DNA from: Candidatus Omnitrophota bacterium
Lineage (GTDB): Bacteria > Omnitrophota > Gorgyraeia > Zapsychrales > JANLHA01
Assembly (NCBI GenBank): GCA_040753435.1
Contig: JBFMEN010000069.1
Coordinates: forward strand, 47,551-111,550
DNA length: 64,000 bases
Reading direction: 5' to 3'
Below, one piece after another: positions 28,926 through 37,454 of this stretch. Numbering within the stretch: position 1 is the first letter of the stretch; every line of letters begins with the position of its first letter. Both the position numbers and the translations under genes were made by a program. Below the pieces are notes generated by a model that saw nothing but the letters and a program-made list of their open reading frames with translations, did no database searches and had not been told where the DNA came from.

Positions 28926-29969
28926 ATGGATAGAAAAATTTTATTTTATGATACTAAACCTTATGATCGAAGATTTTTCGATGAGGCCAATAAGAAGTAC
29001 GGACTTGAAATTCAGTACTTGAGCGAGCATTTGAACGAAACGACATCCGCATTTTCGGTTGGTTATGATGCAATCTGTGCTTTTGTCAATGACAATCTAA
29101 ACGCCAGGATTATTAATGATCTTGTGAAAAATCAGGTTTCACTTGTTGCCATGCGTTCTGCAGGTTATAACAATGTCGATCTTAAAGCCGCGTTTGGCAA
29201 GATCCATATCGTTCGGGTTCCTGGATATTCTCCCTATGCCGTTGCTGAACATGCCATGGCTTTGATTTTGTGTTTGAATCGCAAGATTCACAAGGCTTAC
29301 TCCCGTACGCGGGATGGGAACTTTTCAATCACAGGTCTGCTTGGCTTTGATCTTTATGGAAAGACGGCCGGAGTTATCGGGACGGGACAAATCGGAAATT
29401 GCATGATCAATATTTTAAAGGGCTTTGGAATGAATGTCCTTGCTTTCGACAAGGTCAAAAATAAAGAATTCGCCGGGACAGCAGGATTTAAATATGTCAG
29501 TCTCGATGAGCTTTATAAAAAGTCCCATATAATCACTCTCCACTGCCCTTTAACGCCTGAAACAAAGTATTTAATCAATAAGGATAGTATCCTGAAAATG
29601 CGACAGGGCGTGATGATTATCAATACCGGACGCGGAGGACTGATTAACACCAGGGATTTGATTGCAGGGCTCAAGTCGGGCCATATTGGTTCGGCCGGAC
29701 TTGATGTGTACGAAGAGGAAGGGGAGTATTTTTTTGAGGACTTTTCCGGCATTGTTATCAGTGATGACGTCCTGGCCAGGCTGTTGACGTTTCCCAACGT
29801 TCTCATTACTTCCCATCAGGGGTTTTTCACACAAGAAGCATTAACTAATATTGCAGAGATAACTTTAGCTAATGTAAAAGAATTTTATGATGGCGGTTAT
29901 CTGAAGAATGAAATTTGCTATCGTTGTGATGGAAAATGTAAAAAGAATTTAAAGCAGAGATGTTTTTAA
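28926..29969 (+). CDS. ldhA: D-lactate dehydrogenase (D-2-hydroxyacid dehydrogenase)
   Basis: CAFVND, RSAGYNNVD, YSPYAVAEH, GTGQIG, INTGRG, LDVYEEE, TSHQGF. Confidence 0.9.
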   Translation: MDRKILFYDTKPYDRRFFDEANKKYGLEIQYLSEHLNETTSAFSVGYDAICAFVNDNLNARIINDLVKNQVSLVAMRSAGYNNVDLKAAFGKIHIVRVPGYSPYAVAEHAMALILCLNRKIHKAYSRTRDGNFSITGLLGFDLYGKTAGVIGTGQIGNCMINILKGFGMNVLAFDKVKNKEFAGTAGFKYVSLDELYKKSHIITLHCPLTPETKYLINKDSILKMRQGVMIINTGRGGLINTRDLIAGLKSGHIGSAGLDVYEEEGEYFFEDFSGIVISDDVLARLLTFPNVLITSHQGFFTQEALTNIAEITLANVKEFYDGGYLKNEICYRCDGKCKKNLKQRCF

Positions 29970-29982
29970 ATAAAATTGATTC

Positions 29983-31758
29983 ATGCTCGATCCCAAGTTT
30001 TTCACTACCCTCTCTGAGTTTGTCTTTCTTGATACGGCCAGCCTGGGTCCTGATGATGCGACCTCATATTTATTTTTAAATCCCAGGAAACACATTATCG
30101 CTCAAAGTTATGAGGAGGTTCCTCAATGTCTGGACAGGATGGAAGAGGAATCCAGGCGGTTTTGGCTGGCTGGTTATATGCGCTACGAAGCCGCCTTTGG
30201 TCTGGACGTAAAATTTAATCCTCCGGCGGAAAACCACCTTCCGCTGATCTGGTTCGGCGTTTATGAAAAGCCCGCGGTAATTGATAAAGTGAATGACTGT
30301 CAATGCGATGCGCCGTTGGTCCGATTGAACCCCCAAATGAAGTTCGCAGATTATGCGCGCGTGATCCGATCGATCAAAAAACAAATTTTTTTGGGCAACA
30401 CGTATCAAGTGAACTATACGTTTGATTTTTTGATTCAGGCGTTCGCTTCACCCGAGTTTCTGTATTTCTTCCTCCGCAGGCATCAGGCCACGCCCTATAC
30501 AGCTTTTATCCGGAATTCTTTGGAGGAGGTCCTGTCCTTTTCGCCTGAACTTTTTTTTCGCCATGAAGGTGAAAGGATATGCACTCGTCCGATGAAGGGA
30601 ACTGCCTCCCGCCGCATTGAATCAGACAGTGATTCTGCCCAACAGGAACGGCTGCGTCATGACCAGAAGAACCGGGCTGAAAATCTTATGATTGTGGACT
30701 TGCTCCGCAACGATCTCGGGCGCATCTGTAAAGCGGGTTCAGTGCAGGTTCCTTCATTGTATGATATTGAAACTCATCCGACCGTTCACCAGATGACATC
30801 GACAATTGAAGGCATTTTGCGCGAAGACGTTGGTTGCGGAGACATTTTCAAAGCATTATTTCCATGTGGATCGGTGACAGGCGCACCAAAAGTTAAGACC
30901 ATGGACATCATTAGTGAAATTGAGGAAGGACGCCGGGGGATTTATTGCGGAGCTCTCGGTTATATTTCGCCGGCAAGAAAAGCTGTTTTCAGCGTTCCAA
31001 TCCGTATTCTTCAGAAAGAACGTTCTGCCAGTCAATGGCAATATCGTGCAGGGAGCGGGATTGTCTGGGATTCAAAGATTCGAAGCGAATGGGAAGAGGT
31101 CATGTTGAAGACATCTTTTCTAACATGCGAATCACCGTCAGATTTTGAGTTGGTCGAAACAATGAGGTGGGATGGGGCTAAAATATTATTCGAGAAAGAG
31201 CATTTGTCCCGATTACTATCATCATCGAAGTTTTTTTCATTTGGATTAAAAATTAATTGTTTAAAAGCATACCTTTTAATGTTGAAAAAAAGTTTATCGC
31301 CCGGACAGGAGACAGTCATCCGTCTGTTATTGAATCAGGCGGGGAAATTGCGGCACGAATGCCGGGATATGGAGCCCGCGTTGGAAAAAGCTTGTGTTCG
31401 TTTTTCCGAAATAATCCTTGATTCGAAAAATGAATTTCTCAAGCATAAAACATCGTATCGCCCCTGGTATGCGAAGGCAATGGAGCGTATTAAAAATAAA
31501 GAGATATGGGATGAGATTTTTTTCAATCAGCACGGGCAGGTTTGCGAAGGGGCACGAAGTAACATTTTTATAAAAAAGGGTGGCCGGCTATGGACTCCTC
31601 CGGCAAACTGCGGACTCCTGGACGGCCTTTATCGACAAAAACTTTTAAATGAAGGCGGTTGTCGTGAGAAGGCGCTTTATCAAGAGGATATTCTAGAAGC
31701 AGACAGCGTTTATTGCGGAAATTCAGTCAGGGGCCTTCAGGAAGTTGTTCTTGTTTAA
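29983..31758 (+). CDS. pabB: Aminodeoxychorismate synthase component I fused to ADC lyase (PabB-PabC)
   Basis: YQVNYT, SPELFF, RPMKGT, KNRAENLMIVDLLRNDLG; C-terminal class IV HLSRL, KHKT, EGARSNIF, GLLDG, NSVRG. Confidence 0.88.
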   Translation: MLDPKFFTTLSEFVFLDTASLGPDDATSYLFLNPRKHIIAQSYEEVPQCLDRMEEESRRFWLAGYMRYEAAFGLDVKFNPPAENHLPLIWFGVYEKPAVIDKVNDCQCDAPLVRLNPQMKFADYARVIRSIKKQIFLGNTYQVNYTFDFLIQAFASPEFLYFFLRRHQATPYTAFIRNSLEEVLSFSPELFFRHEGERICTRPMKGTASRRIESDSDSAQQERLRHDQKNRAENLMIVDLLRNDLGRICKAGSVQVPSLYDIETHPTVHQMTSTIEGILREDVGCGDIFKALFPCGSVTGAPKVKTMDIISEIEEGRRGIYCGALGYISPARKAVFSVPIRILQKERSASQWQYRAGSGIVWDSKIRSEWEEVMLKTSFLTCESPSDFELVETMRWDGAKILFEKEHLSRLLSSSKFFSFGLKINCLKAYLLMLKKSLSPGQETVIRLLLNQAGKLRHECRDMEPALEKACVRFSEIILDSKNEFLKHKTSYRPWYAKAMERIKNKEIWDEIFFNQHGQVCEGARSNIFIKKGGRLWTPPANCGLLDGLYRQKLLNEGGCREKALYQEDILEADSVYCGNSVRGLQEVVLV

Positions 31759-31920
31759 TCCCGCATGTTGTTCTTGCCATTCGGCCAAAACGTATTTCTT
31801 TACAAAAACAAACCGCTTTAGTACAATCTTCGAATTCAACTGCAATAAGTTTCGTGACTGATAGAATGCCGTTTCAAAATTTCCATCGATATATATCTAA
31901 AGTGGGGTGACGGTGGCGAC

Positions 31921-33621
31921 ATGAAATGGTTTACGCTTTATATCCTGCATCTGTTTTTGGTTTCAGCGGCCTTTGCGCAGACGGTTGATTTGGAACCAAT
32001 CCGGGTTGTTGGCGAAGGTGGTTATCAAGAAGTCCTCTCTTCCTATGAACCAGTTTCTCTTGCCGGTGATTTCTCAGGCATTGATATACAAGAGTTTACC
32101 GGCTATGGTTTTCTTCAGGATGTTTCAATTCGCGGAGGAATTTTTGAGGATACAAATACGCGATTAAATGGCATTTCTTTAAATAATCCCCAGACTGGGC
32201 ATTATCATCTTTCCCTTCCGGTCGTTTCAACAGATATCGAAGGTCTTAATGCCGATCTCAATCGTCAAACACTGAATTATAATTTGTTACTGCCTGTCCG
32301 TGAATCATCTTTTATCAGAATGGCGGGAGGGAACGGAGGTTTCGCCGAAAGCGTTTTATCCATGACACGCAAGGCCCAAGATTCTTTCCATCGTTTTTCA
32401 ATAGAAGGAACACGCGCTGACGGCCTCCTCGACGAAACTGACGGTTTTCGTTCGGCTGCGTCTTATACCCTTAATCATCAGGGGTCTTACAATGACTTTT
32501 TCCTTTACACGGCCGTTTCAGAAAAAAAGTTCGGAGTTGGAGGCGCATACTCAGCCCCTTGGTATATGAAAGAAGAGGAGCATTTGAAACAAGAGCTGTT
32601 CATGGCAAAGTGGACATCCCATAAGGAAATCGATTTTTCCATCGCTCCTTATGTCCATCGTACGCAAGACCTTTTTTTACTTGATCGGGATAATCCTTCC
32701 TTTTACAGAAATGATCATACGACATTTGTCAGCGGAAACATTATTGAATTATACGACACTCAAACAGGTCGTTACGGGACTTTTGAGTTTCAGCGGGAAG
32801 ATATTCGTTCGACGAATTTAGATGAACATCAACGGTTTTCATATGCGTTTGACGCCGGAATCAAGGAAGGGGAATATGGTGGGTGGCTTTACGAAGGAGG
32901 GCTCAGAGCCCGGTATTTCGATCGGTTTCCTTTTAAATTAATGCCTCATTTGGGCGTTGGATATCGTGTTACCAATTTTTGGAAAGTTCAAATCAAGGCC
33001 AATCGAAGCTTCCGCCAGCCATCGTTCACGGAATTGTATTATGATTCTCCAACAAATATCGGGAATGCCAATCTTGAGTTGCAGCAGAGCGACAACATCG
33101 AACTGGGAACTTCCTATGAAACGAATGAATTCAGATTTTATTTCGACGGCTTCTATAGGCGTCAACAAAATACGATTGACTGGGTGAGGGACAGCGGTGC
33201 GGTTCAATATCAGGCGATTAATACCGGGAAGGTCAATGTCAGAGGTTTTGACATCGGCATTGGAACAGCTATTAATTTGATTATTTTTGACCGGATGGAT
33301 CTTGCATACACCAGGCTCAATGTGAATAAGGAAAAACTTTATGACGTTTCCAAATATGTTTTTGATTACCTCCGTGACAGGGCCGTCCTTAAACTGTCAA
33401 GCGGGAAGGGCAAGTGGGGGTGGTCAGTCAATTCCGTTTATGAATATCATATTAGCCTTGGTGACAGAATAATCTTTTCAGCAGAAGGGGATTATCGCGT
33501 CAGTAATGATTCGCGTGTTTTTATTGCCGCCGACAATATCCTTGATGAGGATTATGAAGAGTTCTCCTTTATCCAGGGCAGTCCTTTTTTTATCAAAGCC
33601 GGACTTGAGATGTATTTTTAA
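31921..33621 (+). CDS. TonB-dependent receptor (short plug)
   Basis: Signal peptide, DVSIRGG, NPQTGH, SFRQPSFTELYY, GNANL, NILDEDY, terminal F. Confidence 0.85.
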   Translation: MKWFTLYILHLFLVSAAFAQTVDLEPIRVVGEGGYQEVLSSYEPVSLAGDFSGIDIQEFTGYGFLQDVSIRGGIFEDTNTRLNGISLNNPQTGHYHLSLPVVSTDIEGLNADLNRQTLNYNLLLPVRESSFIRMAGGNGGFAESVLSMTRKAQDSFHRFSIEGTRADGLLDETDGFRSAASYTLNHQGSYNDFFLYTAVSEKKFGVGGAYSAPWYMKEEEHLKQELFMAKWTSHKEIDFSIAPYVHRTQDLFLLDRDNPSFYRNDHTTFVSGNIIELYDTQTGRYGTFEFQREDIRSTNLDEHQRFSYAFDAGIKEGEYGGWLYEGGLRARYFDRFPFKLMPHLGVGYRVTNFWKVQIKANRSFRQPSFTELYYDSPTNIGNANLELQQSDNIELGTSYETNEFRFYFDGFYRRQQNTIDWVRDSGAVQYQAINTGKVNVRGFDIGIGTAINLIIFDRMDLAYTRLNVNKEKLYDVSKYVFDYLRDRAVLKLSSGKGKWGWSVNSVYEYHISLGDRIIFSAEGDYRVSNDSRVFIAADNILDEDYEEFSFIQGSPFFIKAGLEMYF

Positions 33622-33639
33622 GTGCGTTAAGATGAATTT

Positions 33640-34641
33640 ATGCGAATGCTTCTGAAAACTCTGCTGGTTATCACTGGAGGCTTCTTCCTGGGAATTGTTT
33701 TGCTGGTTCTATGGCCAATTCCTTCAAATCCTTTCTTCGTGTCAGACCGCCGCCTAACTTATAACGAAAGTCTTGAGCGTTTTCAGGAAATTGCCCGGCA
33801 GCGAGAGATTGAGTATATTGATGATTGTAGGCCGCGGTTATATACACATGGACACAGGGTTGATCGGGCAGTTGTTTTCTATCATGGATATACGAATTGC
33901 CCGCGACAATTTGAAAGCTTGGCGCGTTTGTTTTATGAATCAGGATACAATGTTTATGTGCCTCGAATTCCTTATCATGGCTCACCTGACCGTTTGACCA
34001 GTAATATTGCCAAATTGACCATGAGTGATTTGATTGATGTTTGCAATAGTTCAGTAGAGATTGCAAGTGGTTTGGGAGACCGGGTTTTTGTCATTGGATT
34101 ATCAATGGGTGGAGTTATGTCTGCATGGAATGCCCAGTTTTCAGAACAAATAGACACTGGGGTTGTTCTGGTCCCGAGCTTTGGCTGGTATTTTTTACCG
34201 GGTATGATTGATCCGTTGATTAACGCAGCCAGAGCTATGCCCAATATTTTCTTCTGGTGGGATCCGGTCAAAAGAGAGCAAAGGCCAAGTCCATATTCCA
34301 TGTATCATCATTTTTCCAGCAGAGGAAGCGGAAATATACTTCGCCTCGGCCTTGAGGTATTTCGATCCGCCCAAAAAACACCCCCCAAGGCCCAACGCCT
34401 TGTTGTTATGGAAACTGAGCTTGATATGGCTGTTGATGCAGTCAGCACCAGACGGATTATCGAATACTGGCGCAATCAGGGTGCAGATGTTAATTATTAT
34501 CTTTTTCCTTCTGAATTAAAGATAGAGCATGATATTATCGATCCATTGCAACCTTATGAGCAAGCTGACACTGTTTATAAAAAAATTATTGAGATGGCAG
34601 AGCCTGATGGAAGAATAACTCAAGGATTGACTTCCAGGTAG
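33640..34641 (+). CDS. Membrane-anchored alpha/beta hydrolase (esterase-like)
   Basis: N-terminal TM, HGYTN, GLSMGG, late D and H. Confidence 0.85.
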   Translation: MRMLLKTLLVITGGFFLGIVLLVLWPIPSNPFFVSDRRLTYNESLERFQEIARQREIEYIDDCRPRLYTHGHRVDRAVVFYHGYTNCPRQFESLARLFYESGYNVYVPRIPYHGSPDRLTSNIAKLTMSDLIDVCNSSVEIASGLGDRVFVIGLSMGGVMSAWNAQFSEQIDTGVVLVPSFGWYFLPGMIDPLINAARAMPNIFFWWDPVKREQRPSPYSMYHHFSSRGSGNILRLGLEVFRSAQKTPPKAQRLVVMETELDMAVDAVSTRRIIEYWRNQGADVNYYLFPSELKIEHDIIDPLQPYEQADTVYKKIIEMAEPDGRITQGLTSR

Positions 34642-34681
34642 AATTCCTTCAAAATATTTCAAAATTTCAATAGGAGAATAT

Positions 34682-35140
34682 ATGTTTCAAATTGATAAAG
34701 CAAAAATGGAGGATGTTGAATCTATCCACGGCCTTATTAATGCCGCTGCAGTCAGGCAGCAAATGCTGGCCCGTTCTTTGCAGTCGATTTATGAAAACCT
34801 TCGCGCCTTTGTTGTTTGCCGCAATGAAAAAGGTCAGGTAATCGGTTGCTGTGCTATGGAAATCGTATGGAGGGATATGGGTGAGATTCGTTCGCTTGTC
34901 GTGAGTTCGCGTTATCGGGGGAAAGGCATCGGCGCATTACTGGTCAGTTCCTGCCTTGACGAGGCCAAGTCTCTGGGAATCCGGAAGATTTTTACGTTGA
35001 CCTATGTGGAAGATTTTTTTAAAAAGCTGGGGTTCCGTAAGCTTGATAAGAAAAAATTGCCGCATAAGATCTGGAACGATTGCATTAATTGCCCTCATTT
35101 TCCCGATTGTGATGAGGTTGCTTTAATCACAAACCTTTAA
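34682..35140 (+). CDS. Short ArgA-like GNAT N-acetyltransferase
   Basis: MLARS, EIRSLVV, RGKGIG, FTLTY, LPHKIW.DC..C.HFP.CDE. Confidence 0.85.
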   Translation: MFQIDKAKMEDVESIHGLINAAAVRQQMLARSLQSIYENLRAFVVCRNEKGQVIGCCAMEIVWRDMGEIRSLVVSSRYRGKGIGALLVSSCLDEAKSLGIRKIFTLTYVEDFFKKLGFRKLDKKKLPHKIWNDCINCPHFPDCDEVALITNL

Positions 35141-35159
35141 TTAAAATAAAAGGATTCGC

Positions 35160-35549
35160 ATGGCTGAATTATTTATGATCGCTTTAGGTGGATCGATCGG
35201 CGCCTTGAGTCGGTACGCAATGGCAGGATGGGTTCAAAATATATCTCAAAGCGGTGAGTTTCCATATGGGACATTGAGTGTTAATTTATTGGGAGCCTTT
35301 GTGATCGGAGTCCTCTGGGCTCTTTCCGAGCGTTTTATGATTCCACTTCATATCCGTGAATTTCTTTTCGCCGGGTTACTGGGCGGGTTTACGACTTTTT
35401 CGACATTCTGTCTTGAGAATCTCAATTTAATCAGAATTAATGACTGGAAACTTGTTGTGGTTAATATCGGCATCAGTAATATTGGTGGAATTTTTTTTGC
35501 TGCGTTTGGTTTTATCATAGCTGGATATCTCCTGAATATTAAGGGGTAG
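35160..35549 (+). CDS. crcB: Fluoride efflux channel Fluc/CrcB
   Basis: GG.IGAL.RY, FPYGTL.VN, GLLGGFTTFSTF. Confidence 0.95.
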   Translation: MAELFMIALGGSIGALSRYAMAGWVQNISQSGEFPYGTLSVNLLGAFVIGVLWALSERFMIPLHIREFLFAGLLGGFTTFSTFCLENLNLIRINDWKLVVVNIGISNIGGIFFAAFGFIIAGYLLNIKG

Positions 35550-35557
35550 TTGTAAAA

Positions 35558-36313
35558 ATGGTAGACGCACACATACACTTACAGTCTATTCCGAAAGAAC
35601 GACGCACAGAGCTTTTGTCTCACTTGTGTGACCTGAAGTTTTCCGCTCTTTTTTGCAATGCGACTTCGCCCGATGACTGGTCAACCGTGATGTCGATAGC
35701 CGATTTTGTTGAAAGCGTAAAGCCGTTTATCGGCGTCCATCCATGGTTTGTTGATCATCTTCCTCAGGATTGGGAAGCGTTGCTGGTTCATAATTTTCGG
35801 CATAGCCATTGCGGTATTGGTGAAATCGGTCTTGACCGGACTCCCAAAGGCGGTGATTTTGACCGTCAGAAGAGTGTTTTTGTCAGGCAACTGGATTTGG
35901 CGTTAATGTTTAAAAAACCTTTTTCGATTCATTGCGTTGAAGCCTGGGGGGCCATGATGACGATTCTAAGATCATATAATTTTAATTTTCCATTTATTGT
36001 TCATTCATTTATCGGCTCCGGGGAGATTCTTCATGAACTCATTAACATGGGGGCCATGATTTCTGTGGGGCAGCGCAGTCTCAAACAGCATGACGCGGTT
36101 TCCCGCATCAAAGATATTCCTGATGACCGGTTGCTGATTGAAACGGATTTTCCTTATTTGCCTAAAAAAAATAAGGATGAGGCGGGGATTGAAGATTATC
36201 GTATGGCGATTATGGAAGCATATAAGAGCGTGGGTGAAATTCGTAGTTTGCCCGTCGAACAGCTCATTGAGCAGGTTAAATCAAACGCCCGAATGATATT
36301 AAAATTTATTTAA
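35558..36313 (+). CDS. TatD-family hydrolase
   Basis: VDAHIH, GVHPW, IGEIGLD, SIHC, HSF, LLIETD. Confidence 0.9.
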   Translation: MVDAHIHLQSIPKERRTELLSHLCDLKFSALFCNATSPDDWSTVMSIADFVESVKPFIGVHPWFVDHLPQDWEALLVHNFRHSHCGIGEIGLDRTPKGGDFDRQKSVFVRQLDLALMFKKPFSIHCVEAWGAMMTILRSYNFNFPFIVHSFIGSGEILHELINMGAMISVGQRSLKQHDAVSRIKDIPDDRLLIETDFPYLPKKNKDEAGIEDYRMAIMEAYKSVGEIRSLPVEQLIEQVKSNARMILKFI

Positions 36314-36318
36314 AAGCC

Positions 36319-37080
36319 ATGATGAAACAATTTCTACGAACTGAATTGTTGCTGGGAAAAGATCGGGTGAGGACATTGCATCATCGAAAGGTTGCGGTGA
36401 TCGGTTTAGGTGCTGTCGGAAGTTATGCAGTGGAGGCCCTGGCACGGGCAGGTGTTGGCAATTTCTTTTTAGTTGATTGCGATGTAATTGAAGAAAGCAA
36501 TATAAATCGCCAGCTTTATGCGCTGCATTCAACTGTCGGGCAGGACAAGGTTCAGGTCGCCCGTGAGCGGGTTCTGGACATAAATCCGAAATGCCGGGTA
36601 AAAGTTGAACGAATATTCATGCATCATTATTCAATCGGTGCAGTCTTTGCCTTTGAGCCGGATTTGATTGTTGATGCTGTTGATTCTTTAAATGCAAAAG
36701 TAAGTATTCTGGCCGAGATTCACCGCCGGGGAGTTCCGGTAATATCATCAATGGGGGCAGCCCTGAGAAAAGACCCGTCAAAAATCAAATTTGGCGATAT
36801 CAGCCACACCTGGGGATGCCCGCTTGCCAAATCTGTCCGAAAGCGTTTGAGAAGGCTTGGTATTCGTGAAGGAATTTCTTGTGTTTACTCAACAGAGGAA
36901 GTTCCTGCGCTGGCGGAAGCAGAAGGCGGGGAGGAGACGATTGAATCTGTTGAAAAACCAGGCGAAAATTTTCAAGGTCGACCAAGGCGTCCTTTGGGAA
37001 GTCTTCCAACAGTATGCGGGATATTCGGTTTAACGGTTGCCCATTATGCTGTTGAACTGCTGATCAAGGAAAAAATATAG
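36319..37080 (+). CDS. tcdA: tRNA threonylcarbamoyladenosine dehydratase (ThiF family)
   Basis: GLGAVGS, SNINRQ, VDAVD, SSMGA, CPLAK.VRK.L, VYSTE. Confidence 0.88.
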   Translation: MMKQFLRTELLLGKDRVRTLHHRKVAVIGLGAVGSYAVEALARAGVGNFFLVDCDVIEESNINRQLYALHSTVGQDKVQVARERVLDINPKCRVKVERIFMHHYSIGAVFAFEPDLIVDAVDSLNAKVSILAEIHRRGVPVISSMGAALRKDPSKIKFGDISHTWGCPLAKSVRKRLRRLGIREGISCVYSTEEVPALAEAEGGEETIESVEKPGENFQGRPRRPLGSLPTVCGIFGLTVAHYAVELLIKEKI

Positions 37081-37197
37081 ATTTTTTTGCCGTAAAAGTA
37101 GAAAAATGTCATTAAAAGTTCCCTCAAACTATGTTTTTTTATTTTTTTTGGAGTATAGTTATTGACCGAGTAAGGCCATACTCTGATCACACAGATC

Positions 37198-37230
37198 GCC
37201 CTTGGACTTAAAACGTTCAGGGGCTTTTTT
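37198..37230 (+). terminator. Intrinsic terminator
   Basis: GCCCTTGGAC-ttaaaac-GTTCAGGGGC (10 bp with G-U pairs) then T6. Confidence 0.75.
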
Positions 37231-37239
37231 ATTTTAATG

Positions 37240-37269
37240 AGCTGGCTTGGTGCAGGAACGGCTTTTTTT
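37240..37269 (+). terminator. Second, weaker terminator-like hairpin
   Basis: AGCTG...CGGCT stem with inner CTTG/CAGG pairing, followed by a T run. Confidence 0.4.
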
Positions 37270-37370
37270 ATTGAAATGAGTACGGATAGGCTTTAAGACA
37301 CGATCAACAGTGGCGGGTGAGATTGTTTGCAAGGGTAACAAGAAATATGAGTCAATTAGTTTTTGTGCGT

Positions 37371-37398
37371 TTGCCTTGTTTTTTTCATAGTTTATAAT
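37371..37398 (+). promoter_or_regulatory. Sigma70-like promoter for the 37455 gene
   Basis: TTGCCT-N16-TATAAT. Confidence 0.6.
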
Positions 37399-37454
37399 AT
37401 ATACTTTAATAAAATTTTTATCCGCCAGGCAGAATAATCGGAAACAGGCTCCGA

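Noticed and set aside
31759-31920. Cobalamin riboswitch ahead of the TonB-dependent receptor
   Set aside because: No B12-box or GGGAA/GCCACTG elements seen.
34600-35159. Fluoride riboswitch upstream of crcB
   Set aside because: No GAUG/UGAC pseudoknot consensus seen, and the gap before crcB is only 19 nt.
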